From contig JBDTZG010000004.1 of assembly GCA_040005235.1 (NCBI GenBank), positions 64,001 through 128,000 on the forward strand: 64,000 nucleotides of DNA, in the 5' to 3' direction. This DNA comes from Acidobacteriota bacterium (lineage in GTDB: Bacteria > Acidobacteriota > Thermoanaerobaculia > Multivoradales > UBA5704). The translations under genes and the position numbers were made by a program. Under the pieces are notes generated by a model. That model was not told the DNA's origin and ran no database searches. It was given only the letters and a program-made list of their open reading frames with translations. Shown piece by piece: positions 29,818 to 39,689 of the stretch; positions within the stretch are counted from its first letter, which is position 1; every line of letters begins with the position of its first letter.

Positions 29818-30123
29818 TTACGGCTGATCGTCGTTCACCTTCTCCGGAGCCGCAGGCGTCGGTTTGGGCTGGGTCGGGGCGGGAGTGGCCGCTTTCCGCG
29901 CCAATCTCGTCCGTGGACGCAGGCCGAACTCACGCAGGCGATCCGAATAGAGGGTGAAGTGCCCCTGGAGCATGCGCACGATCCGCCCATGATCGGTGAC
30001 GCATCGCACCTCAAGCTCTCGGCGGCGATGGGTCGCCTCCGCCAGCTCAGCTAGAAGGGTTTGCTTCTGCGACTCGAGAAAGCGGAGGATCTCCTGTCGC
30101 TCTTGTTCAGTCAGTCTTGGCAT
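29818..30123 (-). CDS. small hypothetical protein
   Basis: GAGG RBS, helical N-terminus and a downstream terminator. Confidence 0.55.
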   Translation of the reverse strand: MPRLTEQERQEILRFLESQKQTLLAELAEATHRRRELEVRCVTDHGRIVRMLQGHFTLYSDRLREFGLRPRTRLARKAATPAPTQPKPTPAAPEKVNDDQP

Positions 30124-30248
30124 CGAAATCCTCATTTTCGCGACGGTCTAAACTGATTTGGCCTATCGCGCTATGAACGCGGCGCGAGAATGCTCGGCAG
30201 TTTAGCGCGCGTCAGGCTTCGAGCGAGCGAGGTGGTTGCCGTGGAACA

Positions 30249-31526
30249 TCATTCCGCCCCCAACCACCCCACCACCACCCGCCCCACCTCCGGCCGGCTG
30301 AGCAGCTCCAGATGGTTCGCCCGGAACGCGATCCACTGGTTCCCCTCCGGAATCGCCAGCCGCCGCCGCTCGTCCGGGTGGTGACCCAACGCGCTTTCGG
30401 TGAGGACCAGGCCGTCTCCGATTACTCGATTGGCCAACGCCTTCCGGTCAGCCGCGGTGGTCGCCGCGATGGCGTAACAGTTAACCCCTTCCGGTAGGGG
30501 CACGTGCTGCCTTTCGTCAGCCTGGCGTTCAAAGCGGTCCCGCCCTTGCCAGTCTTCGTCGAGGAGGTTGCTGTAGCGGAGGTCGGTGATGCCCGCGCTT
30601 CGGAGATGACCGATCTTGGCGAAGGGGGCGGCGTAGCGGCCGAGGAGGACGTCCACCCAGTTGCCGGCTCGTTCGAGCGGGGCGCCGTGGTGGGGCGTTG
30701 CGAGGAAGACGATGTTCTTGAGGGTGCCGGGCCAGCGTAGCGAATCCTGTTGCGCGTAGTGGAAGGCGCTACGGGTTAGGAGGCCTCCCATGCTGTGGAC
30801 GAGGAGGGTGAGGTTTTCGATGGGCACGGGCCATTGGGCGACGAGCTGCTCAAGGTGTGCCGACAGCTCGCGGCCGTTTTCCGAGATGTGGCGCCCTGAG
30901 TTGTAGCGGACATAGACCGGCGTGTAGCCGAGCTCCGCGGCGAGGGTTTCGCCGTGATTGACGACTTGGCCCTCGCGTTGCGTGTGCCATTGCAGGTCGT
31001 TCATGCAGAGGCCGTGGATCAGGACGAGAACCTTGCCCGTGGCCTCAGGAATCGGAGGCAGTGCCTGCCAATTGAGCGCTTCGCCCGCCAAGCGAAACGT
31101 CATCGGGATGGCGAGAGAGTTGCCGCTCGTGGCCAGGCGGTCGCCCATCACTCCGTTCAGGGCCGCGAGGATCGCCTCTCGCTCCGGGGTCGAGGGTTTT
31201 GCTTCGTCTCGCGCGGCGAACCGCGGTTGCAGCCAGGAGAGCCCTCGATCCGTTCCCCTTCCCACTCGCCGGGTGATGCAGCGGATGCTGCGGAAGACGA
31301 AGCCGGTGATCCCGCGGGTCCGGCCCGGTTCGCCGACCGGCGCGCCCAGCCTGCTCCAGACCGAATGGTGAACCCCTTCGACGATGTCGGTGATCCCCTC
31401 CGTCCCCTCGGCGGCCAGTTGGGCGAGCGCGCGGAGATCGGAGGCCCGCAGGTGGCGCAGGGGACGTTTTGCGGCTTTGGCGTCGGGTGGGGGCATCGGA
31501 TCTTTCCGGTCCGTTGGGTCGTTCAT
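30249..31526 (-). CDS. PGAP1-like alpha/beta hydrolase (lipase/esterase)
   Basis: LIHGL, VHSMGG nucleophile elbow, TPHHGAPL, GDGLV and NHL motifs. Confidence 0.85.
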   Translation of the reverse strand: MNDPTDRKDPMPPPDAKAAKRPLRHLRASDLRALAQLAAEGTEGITDIVEGVHHSVWSRLGAPVGEPGRTRGITGFVFRSIRCITRRVGRGTDRGLSWLQPRFAARDEAKPSTPEREAILAALNGVMGDRLATSGNSLAIPMTFRLAGEALNWQALPPIPEATGKVLVLIHGLCMNDLQWHTQREGQVVNHGETLAAELGYTPVYVRYNSGRHISENGRELSAHLEQLVAQWPVPIENLTLLVHSMGGLLTRSAFHYAQQDSLRWPGTLKNIVFLATPHHGAPLERAGNWVDVLLGRYAAPFAKIGHLRSAGITDLRYSNLLDEDWQGRDRFERQADERQHVPLPEGVNCYAIAATTAADRKALANRVIGDGLVLTESALGHHPDERRRLAIPEGNQWIAFRANHLELLSRPEVGRVVVGWLGAE

Positions 31527-31623
31527 TTCCCCAGTCTAGGGTGTTTCGCGCCAGCCCTCACCCCCTGACCCGGAGGGCCGAGTGCCGCCCCCCGGCCCGG
31601 CCTGATATCTTCGCGCCGATCCC

Positions 31624-33393
31624 ATGCGCCGCTCTCCCGCCCTGCTGTGCGTCACCGTGCTCCTGATGGGCCTGTCCTGGAGCTTGTACAAAGTCCATTT
31701 TCCGCCCGGGCCGATCGGCGACGAGCCGGCGTACGTGATGATGACCCAGAGCCTCTGGCACGATCACGACCTGGTCTACGACCATCGTGATCTGCTGCGC
31801 GGCTACCAGGCGTGGGACCAGGGGCCGAACGGAGTCATCCTGTTCACCTCGGACGGCGGCAAGTCGATGTACTACGGCAAGCCCTACGTCTATTCGCTCG
31901 CCGCGGTGCCGTTCTACGCTTTGTTTGGCGTGCAGGGGATGGTGGTGTTCAACATGGCGCTGTTTCTCGCCATGCTCTGGGGGGCGATCTGGTTCTGGCA
32001 ACGGCCGGAGCGGAGCGGCCAGGCGGGATCGGCCGGGATCTTCCTCGGCGGTTTCTTCTTCGCTTCGGCGGCGTTCTGCTACGTCTTCTGGATGCAGCCC
32101 GAAGTGTTCAACATGGCTTGCCTGTTCTTCGCGCTGCTGATCTGGCTCCACCTGCGCGGCATTCCGAATTGGACCTCGCGCCACCTGGTGCTGATGGGGC
32201 TGGCCGGCGCGCTGCTTGCGGCGGCGTACATCTCCAAAGAACCGACCATCCTGCTCGGCGGGCCGATCGGGCTCGACCTGATCTGGCAGAAGCGGTGGAA
32301 GGGGATTCTGGCGCTTGCGGCGCCCGCGCTTTTGGGACTCGCGGGATTGATGGTTCTCCAGCACCACGCGACGGGGGCGTGGAGCCCGTACCGCGGCGTG
32401 CAGCGCCGGTCGTTCGAATCCGAGTATCCGATCGAGAGCAAGAAGGATCTCTGGGCGCAGTACCGCGGGACCAGCTTCGGCTCCTGGTCGGGGCTCGGGG
32501 TCGAGACCACGCCGCGGATGTTCCTGCGCGACCTCGAATACTTTCTGATCGGCCGCCACACCGGGCTGCTGCCCTACTTTCCATTCGCGCTGTTCGCGAT
32601 CGGCCTCTACGCCTTCGGACCGAAGGACCGCTCGCGCCACCTGCTGCTGCTGGGGATCGTCGGCTACTGCCTTGCGATCCTGATCCTGCGGCCGAACAAC
32701 TACCACGGCGGCGCGGGCTTCGTGGGCAACCGGTATTTCGCCAGCATTTATCCCGCCTTCGCGCTGCTGCCGGTCGCGATCCGGTCGCGGAAGAGTCTAC
32801 TGCTGCCGTATGCCGCGGCCGGGCTCTGGACCGCCGCAGTGGTCGCCGTGCCGCTGCTCCAGATCGCGCCGGAGGCCACCCTCCAAGCGCACGTGCGGCG
32901 GCCGTCGTTCCAGGCGCTGCCGCTCGAATTGACGCTGCTGCAAAAGATCCCCGGCTATTTCCTCAAGGGTTGGACCGATGCGGTTTGGGTCGTGCCGAAA
33001 GAAAACTTCCACGCCCAGGAGCCGAACCCGGACGGCGTCTGGGTGCGCGGCGCGTCGCGCTCCGAGGTGTACCTGGTGGCGCCGCAACCGGTCGCCTCGA
33101 TCCGGGTTCGGCTGCGGTCCCTTTCGGATCAAAACGTGGTGACGTTCAAAAGCCCGGTCGATCAGGTCACCGTCCGTTTCGACAGCGAAGAGAAGCGCCG
33201 CGGCACGCCGATCGAGCTGCGCCTCCAGCGGGTGGCGAGGAATCTCGGCTTCTTCCCCGAGGGGAAGGACGAGTATTTCTACTCGTTCACCCTCTCCTGT
33301 TCCGACGGCGTGATGCCCAATCGGCGTGACGACAAGATCGAGGACTACCGCTACCTCGGCGTGTTCCTCGATTTCGCGGGCGCGGGGAAGTGA
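31624..33393 (+). CDS. polytopic membrane protein, probable GT-C type glycosyltransferase
   Basis: GDE motif after the first TM, about 10 TM segments, GNRYF motif; leads a glycosyltransferase operon. Confidence 0.55.
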   Translation: MRRSPALLCVTVLLMGLSWSLYKVHFPPGPIGDEPAYVMMTQSLWHDHDLVYDHRDLLRGYQAWDQGPNGVILFTSDGGKSMYYGKPYVYSLAAVPFYALFGVQGMVVFNMALFLAMLWGAIWFWQRPERSGQAGSAGIFLGGFFFASAAFCYVFWMQPEVFNMACLFFALLIWLHLRGIPNWTSRHLVLMGLAGALLAAAYISKEPTILLGGPIGLDLIWQKRWKGILALAAPALLGLAGLMVLQHHATGAWSPYRGVQRRSFESEYPIESKKDLWAQYRGTSFGSWSGLGVETTPRMFLRDLEYFLIGRHTGLLPYFPFALFAIGLYAFGPKDRSRHLLLLGIVGYCLAILILRPNNYHGGAGFVGNRYFASIYPAFALLPVAIRSRKSLLLPYAAAGLWTAAVVAVPLLQIAPEATLQAHVRRPSFQALPLELTLLQKIPGYFLKGWTDAVWVVPKENFHAQEPNPDGVWVRGASRSEVYLVAPQPVASIRVRLRSLSDQNVVTFKSPVDQVTVRFDSEEKRRGTPIELRLQRVARNLGFFPEGKDEYFYSFTLSCSDGVMPNRRDDKIEDYRYLGVFLDFAGAGK

Positions 33394-33881
33394 CGATGGC
33401 TGAGACCGAGATGGCGGAGCCGGGCGAGGCGCGATCGATGCCGGCGGGCGAGAGGGGAGAGTCGGTCGACGTGGCCGCCGCACTGGATCGCCTGCGTGCC
33501 GGGGTGCGCCAACGGCGCGCGGAGCTGGCGACCCTGGGCGACGAGAGCGAGGCGACCAAGCTGCGGGTGTTGGAGCTCAAGACGCTCGAATGGGTCGAGG
33601 AGCCGCCGCTCTTTTCGCATCGCCCGGGTCTGGGCAAGCTGATCGTCCTGTTGCGCAAGGTTTTCTTCCACGCGTTCGTCAAGTGGTATGCGCGCCCGTT
33701 GCTGCAACGGCAAAACCGGTTCAATCAGGTCGCGAGCCAATTGATTCAGGAGCTGCTCGCACAACAGACCCGGCTCGCCGGCGAAGTCGGCCGGCTGGAG
33801 CGCGAAGTGGCGGCGGCCCGCGCGGCGGAGGTGGCCTCTTCGGTCTCCGTCTCTCCAGCCACCCCAGGTTCCGAGCCGTAA
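33390..33881 (+). CDS. hypothetical coiled-coil protein in glycosyltransferase operon
   Basis: Overlaps the upstream stop; SHRP.LG...KWY..P...RQ..FN motif; coiled-coil end. Confidence 0.6.
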   Translation: MTMAETEMAEPGEARSMPAGERGESVDVAAALDRLRAGVRQRRAELATLGDESEATKLRVLELKTLEWVEEPPLFSHRPGLGKLIVLLRKVFFHAFVKWYARPLLQRQNRFNQVASQLIQELLAQQTRLAGEVGRLEREVAAARAAEVASSVSVSPATPGSEP

Positions 33882-33886
33882 CCGCT

Positions 33887-34936
33887 ATGGGCCTGCGGAT
33901 CTGCGTTTGCGGCGTTCAGGTGCCGTTCGCCTACGGCGGCGCCGAGATTCTGGTCGCTTCGCTCGCCGACGAGCTCAAGCGGCGGGGACATACGGTGGAC
34001 GTGGTCTCCCTGCCGTTCACCTGGCCGAACCGGGTGCAGCTGTTCAAGAGCTGCATGGCCTGGCGGATGCTCGATCTTTCGGAAGTCGACGGTCAGCGGA
34101 TCGACCGGGTGATCGCCACCCGCTTCCCTTCCTATGTCGTCAAACATCCCGACAAGGTGGTCTGGCTGGTCCATCAGCTGCGCCAGGCGTACGACCTGCG
34201 CGGCACCGGCTACAGCGATTTCACCGTCGAGGGGCGCGGGGATCGAGACGCCCGGGTGGTCGAGATGCTGCGCTCGATGGACGAGCGGACGCTCGGCGAG
34301 GCGCGGCGGGTCTACGCGATCTCGGACAACGTCGCGGCCCGGCTTGAACGGCACAACAACATGAAGATCGGTACCCTCTATCCGCCGCCGCGGCTGATCG
34401 ACCGCCTGGCGCCGGGCGAGATGGGCGACTACGTGTTCACCGCTGGACGGCTCAATCGGATCAAGCGGTTCGACCTGTTGATCCGGGCGATGAAGCACAC
34501 CAAGACCCCCGTCCGCTGCCGGATCGCGGGGACCGGCGAAGAGCGCGAGGCGTTGGAGAAGCTGATCGCCGATCTGCGGCTGGAAGACCGGGTGGAGCTG
34601 CTTGGCTGGATCGACGACGATCGCGCGGTCGCCCTCTATTCCGGCGCGCTCGCGGTGTTCTACGCGCCGTACGACGAGGACTACGGTTATGTGACGGTCG
34701 AAGCCTGCCGCTCGGCCAAGCCGGTGATCACGGTCGCGGATTCGGGCGGCGTGCTCGAATGGGTGGCGGACGGCAAAACCGGTTACGTCGTGGCGCCCGA
34801 CGACCCGGCGGCGATCGCCGCGCGGCTCGACGCCCTCTATGCCGACCGCGCGCTCGCCCGGCGGCTGGGCGAGGCGGGGGCGGAAAAAGCGCGCGACGTC
34901 TCGTGGGATCAGGTGATCGACGGGCTGCTCGGGTAA
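33887..34936 (+). CDS. GT4 family glycosyltransferase
   Basis: GGAE, GRLNRIKR and EDYGYVTVEA motifs. Confidence 0.9.
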   Translation: MGLRICVCGVQVPFAYGGAEILVASLADELKRRGHTVDVVSLPFTWPNRVQLFKSCMAWRMLDLSEVDGQRIDRVIATRFPSYVVKHPDKVVWLVHQLRQAYDLRGTGYSDFTVEGRGDRDARVVEMLRSMDERTLGEARRVYAISDNVAARLERHNNMKIGTLYPPPRLIDRLAPGEMGDYVFTAGRLNRIKRFDLLIRAMKHTKTPVRCRIAGTGEEREALEKLIADLRLEDRVELLGWIDDDRAVALYSGALAVFYAPYDEDYGYVTVEACRSAKPVITVADSGGVLEWVADGKTGYVVAPDDPAAIAARLDALYADRALARRLGEAGAEKARDVSWDQVIDGLLG

Positions 34937-34956
34937 GCCCGGCGGCGAATTCCAAA

Positions 34957-36330
34957 ATGAGCGGTCGCCTTCGCGTCGCGATGTTCTCGCCGCTGCCGCC
35001 TCTATCGAGCGGCATCGCGGATTATTGCGTCGAGCTGCTGCCGCATCTTTCTTCCCGTTTCGAACTGGAGCTGTTCGCCGAGGAGGGCTCGCGGCTCGAC
35101 GCTTCCGCCGAATGGGGCGCCGTGCAGATCTTCCCCTGGCGCGCGTTCGCCGCCCGCCGGGCCGAACGGCCGTTCGACGCGGTGATCTACCAGTTGGGCA
35201 ACAACGCGGATTTCCATTCCGGCGCCTACTCGACACTGCTGGAGGTGCCGGGCTTCGTCGTGCTCCACGAGATCGTGCTCCACCACATGCTGCGCGAGAT
35301 GACGCTCGCCAAGGGGGATGCGGAAGGGTACCTCGAAGAGATCCGTTACGCCGCGGGCAAAAGCGGGCAGCTGCTCGCCCGCGGATCGTTGGAGACCGGC
35401 ACTCCCTTGGACGCCTGGCGCTATCCGCTGTTCGAACGCGCGGTCGATGCGAGCTTAGGGGTTTTGGTTCACAGCGAAGGGGCGCGGCGGAGAGTGCTCG
35501 CGAGCCGGCCGGAGGCGGCGGTGTTTCGGATTCCGTTCCCCTGGACTCCGCCGCCGCCGCTCCCCGCCCGAAGCGAAATGCTCGCGCGGCTCGGCCTGCC
35601 GTCCGACGCGTTCGTGATCGCCTCGTTCGGATTCCTGACCCGGTCGAAACGATTGGACGTGGCGCTTCGAGCGTTTTGCACCCTCGCCCGCGAACGGCCG
35701 AACGCGCTGTTTCTGGCCGTGGGCGAGATCTCGAAGGACTACGACCTACCGGCACTCGTGCCCGCCGACCTCGCCTCGCGGGTGCGCCCCCTCGGCCGGG
35801 TCGATCTCGACACCTTCCACGCGGCGATGGCGGCGACCGACGTGGCGATCAACCTTCGTTACCCGAGCGGCGGCGAGACCTCGGCGACGCTGATGCGGCT
35901 GCTGGGCCTAGGCCGAGCCGTGATCGTGACCGAAGGGGGCTCGTTCGACGAGATCCCGGACGGCGCCTGCGCCAGGGTGCCGCCCGACGAGAGCGAAGGG
36001 GAGCTGCTGCTCGAAATCCTCCGCCGCCTATCGGCCGACGAGCCGCTGCGCCGCGCGATGGGCGAGAACGCCCGGCGGTTCGTCACGGCGGAGCACAGGA
36101 TCGAGCAGACCGCGGACGCTTACGCCCAGGCGATCGAGGCGCTCCGCTCGGCCCCCCTCCCAGCGCGCGCCGTGCCGCCGCTCGCCCCGTATCCGCCGGA
36201 GGAGATTGGCAACGACCTGATCGCCTCCGTTGCGGCCGATTGGGTCGATCTCGGCGGGGGGGAACGGGACAGCGAGCTGCTCGCCGAGCTGGCGACCGAG
36301 CTTTCGGAGCTCGGCTGGGTTGAGGCGTAG
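34957..36330 (+). CDS. GT4-like glycosyltransferase
   Basis: SPLPP..SGIADY, YQLGNN..H and NLRYPSGGETS motifs. Confidence 0.85.
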   Translation: MSGRLRVAMFSPLPPLSSGIADYCVELLPHLSSRFELELFAEEGSRLDASAEWGAVQIFPWRAFAARRAERPFDAVIYQLGNNADFHSGAYSTLLEVPGFVVLHEIVLHHMLREMTLAKGDAEGYLEEIRYAAGKSGQLLARGSLETGTPLDAWRYPLFERAVDASLGVLVHSEGARRRVLASRPEAAVFRIPFPWTPPPPLPARSEMLARLGLPSDAFVIASFGFLTRSKRLDVALRAFCTLARERPNALFLAVGEISKDYDLPALVPADLASRVRPLGRVDLDTFHAAMAATDVAINLRYPSGGETSATLMRLLGLGRAVIVTEGGSFDEIPDGACARVPPDESEGELLLEILRRLSADEPLRRAMGENARRFVTAEHRIEQTADAYAQAIEALRSAPLPARAVPPLAPYPPEEIGNDLIASVAADWVDLGGGERDSELLAELATELSELGWVEA

Positions 36331-36392
36331 GGGCTCACGCGGTTCAAAAGACTCAATCGAAATGACCCTTCCGAGATAAGCTCCGCGGCGCG

Positions 36393-37613
36393 ATGACTCG
36401 GGGGAAATGGGTGCTCGTCGGCCTTGCTGGGCTCGCCGCGATCGCCGGCCATGTGGGCTGGTGGTACTGGCCGCGCGAACGGGCGGTGGTGCCGGATGCC
36501 TCCGACGTTCCGGCGCGGATGCTCGCGGCGGGCGCCTGGGACGCCTGTCTGTGGATTCCCTATCCGCATCAAAACCTTGCCGCCCTCGCCGAGGAGTTGG
36601 ACGACGCGCAGACCTATTTCGCCGCGGTCGCGCGGCTGTCGGGCTCGGCCGAGCCGGCGATGCCCGCGTTCGGGCCGTTTGCCGTGCCTCCGGCGCGCGA
36701 GCTGGCCGCCTGCGCGGATCGATCCAAGGAGCGGTTACGGGTCTCCGCCCGGGTCTATCCGGGGCTCGCCCTGGTCGCCAAGCTCGCCGGCCGCATTGCC
36801 GGCAACCCGTGGCTCGCAGGCGGCGACGTCAAAGTTTCGGATCGGCCGGCGACCGTGGCCTGGGACGGAACGCTCTGGACGGTCGAGGTGGGCACGCCGA
36901 CCGCGATCCCCGAGACCGGTTGGGCGCCCGACTCGGCGGTGCTCGGCGCGTTTCGCCTGGCGCGCCCGGCCGAGAGCTTTCCCGCCGGAACTTACCGCCT
37001 GGCCCATCGCGGCGACGCGATCGATCTGACGCTCGAAGGCTCGCGCTTCCCCGAAAAACCGCCGTTCGATCCAGGCCAGCTCGCGACCGACCGGCCGATC
37101 CTGCTCGTGGTCGCCGGAGAAGAGGGGAAAAACCCGGCGGCGGCGCTGGCGTTTTACGAGGGCAAGGGCACTTTCGGCCTGCCGAACGGCGTGCTGTTCC
37201 ATCCGCCGAAACGGGCTCGCTGGGACCTGCCCGGCGGGGGGATCGGCGGGCTGCTCGCCGACCGGCTGCCCCACGGCGCGAGCGCGGGCTGGGAGATGGT
37301 GGCGCTCGACGAAAAGAGCCTTGGCCGGGGCGCGGCGCTTGCCCCGGCGGTCGCCCGGATCGCGCCGCCGGAAGGGCCGTCCCCCAGCCCCCGGGTCCGC
37401 ATGGCCGTCTGGCTCGCCCCCGAGCCGGCGCTCGTAGTGGTCGCCCGGATGCGCGCCGGGCTGGAGAAGTTTCCACTCGCACTCCCCTCCGACATCCAGC
37501 CCTGGCGAGATTGGGAGACCGTGCTCACCCCCACCGCCCGCTGCGAACGGGCGGCGCTCTGGTCGACCGCGGAACCCCAGGCGTTCCGGGTGCGGCTATC
37601 GGGGTGCTCGTAG
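36393..37613 (+). CDS. membrane-anchored hypothetical protein
   Basis: N-terminal TM; long ORF with host-like codon usage. Confidence 0.6.
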   Translation: MTRGKWVLVGLAGLAAIAGHVGWWYWPRERAVVPDASDVPARMLAAGAWDACLWIPYPHQNLAALAEELDDAQTYFAAVARLSGSAEPAMPAFGPFAVPPARELAACADRSKERLRVSARVYPGLALVAKLAGRIAGNPWLAGGDVKVSDRPATVAWDGTLWTVEVGTPTAIPETGWAPDSAVLGAFRLARPAESFPAGTYRLAHRGDAIDLTLEGSRFPEKPPFDPGQLATDRPILLVVAGEEGKNPAAALAFYEGKGTFGLPNGVLFHPPKRARWDLPGGGIGGLLADRLPHGASAGWEMVALDEKSLGRGAALAPAVARIAPPEGPSPSPRVRMAVWLAPEPALVVVARMRAGLEKFPLALPSDIQPWRDWETVLTPTARCERAALWSTAEPQAFRVRLSGCS

Positions 37614-37743
37614 GAGGAGCTTGTGGCGGTGTTTCTCGCCCAAGCGGTCCAGCGTACGGGCGATCTGGTCGCCCGCCACGGCGGCGAGGAGTTCGCCGTT
37701 TTCCTCCCACGACCGACCTGGCCGGCGCAAGCTCCGCCCCTAC
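37610..37743. repeat. REP-like inverted arms enclosing a GGDEF-gene fragment
   Basis: GTAGGAGGAGCTTG ... CAAGCTCCGCCCCTAC (same family as 24376-24444); the interior reads VAVFLAQAVQRTGDLVARHGGEEFAVFLP. Confidence 0.7.
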
Positions 37744-38648
37744 TAGAGATTTCCCACCACCGCGACCCGGCCTGAGCGCCCTGGAATCTCGCCCAAAGTG
37801 ACCTCGCGGGCGATCGCCCGCTCCCTCGTCTCGGCGGCATAGTCGGCAGCCGTGAGGTGCTCGATCCCCATCGAGCGATGCCGTTCGAGCAGGGCGCGAA
37901 ACAGATGACGGTAGGCGAGCCCCTCGGTCTCGGCGTGGAGGGTGAGCACCTCGGTCTCCCCCGGGCGATAGCGTGCGACCAGGCGATCGACGTAGTTCTG
38001 GGGACCGATGCCGTCGCGGCCGAGATCCTCGTCGAGTGTCGGCAACGTGGTCGGAATTTCGAGCAGGTCGAGCACCCGTTCGCGGACGCAGGGGAAGAAC
38101 GGCGGCGCGGTGCCGCGCGAAACCGAGACGTAGTCGAAACCTTTATGGAGGAGCGCTTCCCAGCCGTCGTCCGTCATGTACCAAGCGGGGGCGGCAAACG
38201 CTCGCGGCGGCGCGCCGAAAATCTCGGTGAATTCGGCGATGCCGCGTTCGAGCGTCTTGTCGATCTTCGCCCGATCGAGCCGGTGAAGTCGATCCTGCCA
38301 GAGGACGTGATCCCAGGCGTGAAGGCCGACCTCGTGACCCAGCTCGCGCGCCTTTCGGATCGTCGCCGCGCAGCGCCGGCCGATCTTCGGTGCCGGCAGG
38401 AGGGTGCCGTAGAGCGCGGTCTTCCAGCCATACATCTTCGCCGCGTTGGTGCGCAGCATCTTGGTCAAGAAGCCGGGCTTGGTGAACACCCGGAAGATCG
38501 CCCGCCCCGAGTTGTCCGGCCCGAGCGTCCAGTAGAAGCTCGCCCGCACCCCCGCCGCGGCGAGATCTTCGAGCATCGCCGGCACGCCTTCGCCCGTGCC
38601 GCGGAAGGTGTCGACGTCGATCTTAAGGACGACCCGGGTCGGTTTCAT
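37743..38648 (-). CDS. arnD: ArnD-like deformylase (polysaccharide deacetylase family)
   Basis: LKIDVDT..GT..GVP, GPDNSGR, HAWDH..WQD, TLPTLDE and HAETEG motifs; arn context. Confidence 0.85.
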   Translation of the reverse strand: MKPTRVVLKIDVDTFRGTGEGVPAMLEDLAAAGVRASFYWTLGPDNSGRAIFRVFTKPGFLTKMLRTNAAKMYGWKTALYGTLLPAPKIGRRCAATIRKARELGHEVGLHAWDHVLWQDRLHRLDRAKIDKTLERGIAEFTEIFGAPPRAFAAPAWYMTDDGWEALLHKGFDYVSVSRGTAPPFFPCVRERVLDLLEIPTTLPTLDEDLGRDGIGPQNYVDRLVARYRPGETEVLTLHAETEGLAYRHLFRALLERHRSMGIEHLTAADYAAETRERAIAREVTLGEIPGRSGRVAVVGNL

Positions 38649-38655
38649 CGGGGAT

Positions 38656-39633
38656 CTAGCGCCGCAGCTTCCCTTCCTCGTCCGCCCGGAACCATTCGAT
38701 CGTCTGGCGCAGCCCCTGTTCGAGCGGCGTCCCTGGATCGACCCCGAGAATCTCCCTCATCCGCGTAATGTCGGGATAGCGGCGCGGAATGTCCTCGTAG
38801 CTCTCGCCGTAGATTTCCTGCTGCTGGACGAACGTGATCTTCGACCCGGTCTCTGGATATGCGCGGATCATCGCTTCGGCCAGCTCCAGGATCGTCGTCT
38901 CGCGGTCGGTGCCGATGTTGAAGATGCCGCCCACCGCCTCGTCTTTTTCTCCCGCCATCGCGAGCGCCCGCACGGCGTCCCCGACGTAGGTGAACGCCCT
39001 CGTCTGCTTGCCGTCGCCGATCACGGTGAGCGGCTCGCCGCGCAGCAGCTGGCCCATGAAAATGGTGATCACTCGGCCGACGTCGATCCGGTCGAGGCGC
39101 GGGCCGTAGGCGTTGAAGAAGCGGACGATCACGACGGGTAAGCCCAGCTTGCCGTAGGCGAAACAGAAATGCTCGCCCACCGCCTTCGAGGTCGAATAGC
39201 ACCAGCGGTCGATCGAGGTCGCGCCGAGCAGCCGGTCGCCGTACTCGCGGAACGGCGTGTCCTTCGACTTGCCGTAGACCTCCGAAGTCGACGAGAAGAT
39301 CACCTTCTTGTCGTACCGGTAGGCGAGCTTGATCACTTCTTGGGTGCCGTTGACGTTGATGTTCAGGACGTGGAGGGGGTCCTCGACGTAGTGCTCCACA
39401 CCCACCACGGCGGCCAGGTGGAACACCTTGTCGCACTTGGCGATCAGGCTTTCGAGCAGGTCGTGGTCGAGGATCGACCCCTTGATGAACTGGAATTTCG
39501 GATTGCCGATGTTGTGGCGGATCTTTAGATCCGACGACGTGTCGAGCGCGACGATCTCGTGCCCTTGGGCCAGCAGGAAGTCACCGAGGTGGGAGCCGAG
39601 AAAGCCGGCTCCTCCGGTGATCAGAATTTTCAT
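38656..39633 (-). CDS. NAD-dependent UDP-glucuronate decarboxylase/epimerase (ArnA C-terminal domain as a separate gene)
   Basis: GGAGFLG, STSEVYG and RWCYSTSK SDR motifs; arn context. Confidence 0.82.
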   Translation of the reverse strand: MKILITGGAGFLGSHLGDFLLAQGHEIVALDTSSDLKIRHNIGNPKFQFIKGSILDHDLLESLIAKCDKVFHLAAVVGVEHYVEDPLHVLNINVNGTQEVIKLAYRYDKKVIFSSTSEVYGKSKDTPFREYGDRLLGATSIDRWCYSTSKAVGEHFCFAYGKLGLPVVIVRFFNAYGPRLDRIDVGRVITIFMGQLLRGEPLTVIGDGKQTRAFTYVGDAVRALAMAGEKDEAVGGIFNIGTDRETTILELAEAMIRAYPETGSKITFVQQQEIYGESYEDIPRRYPDITRMREILGVDPGTPLEQGLRQTIEWFRADEEGKLRR

Positions 39634-39689
39634 GGCGAGCTCTTTTCAGTGGGAATGTCGGTAGGAATTTCGGTGGTCGATAGGGAAAG

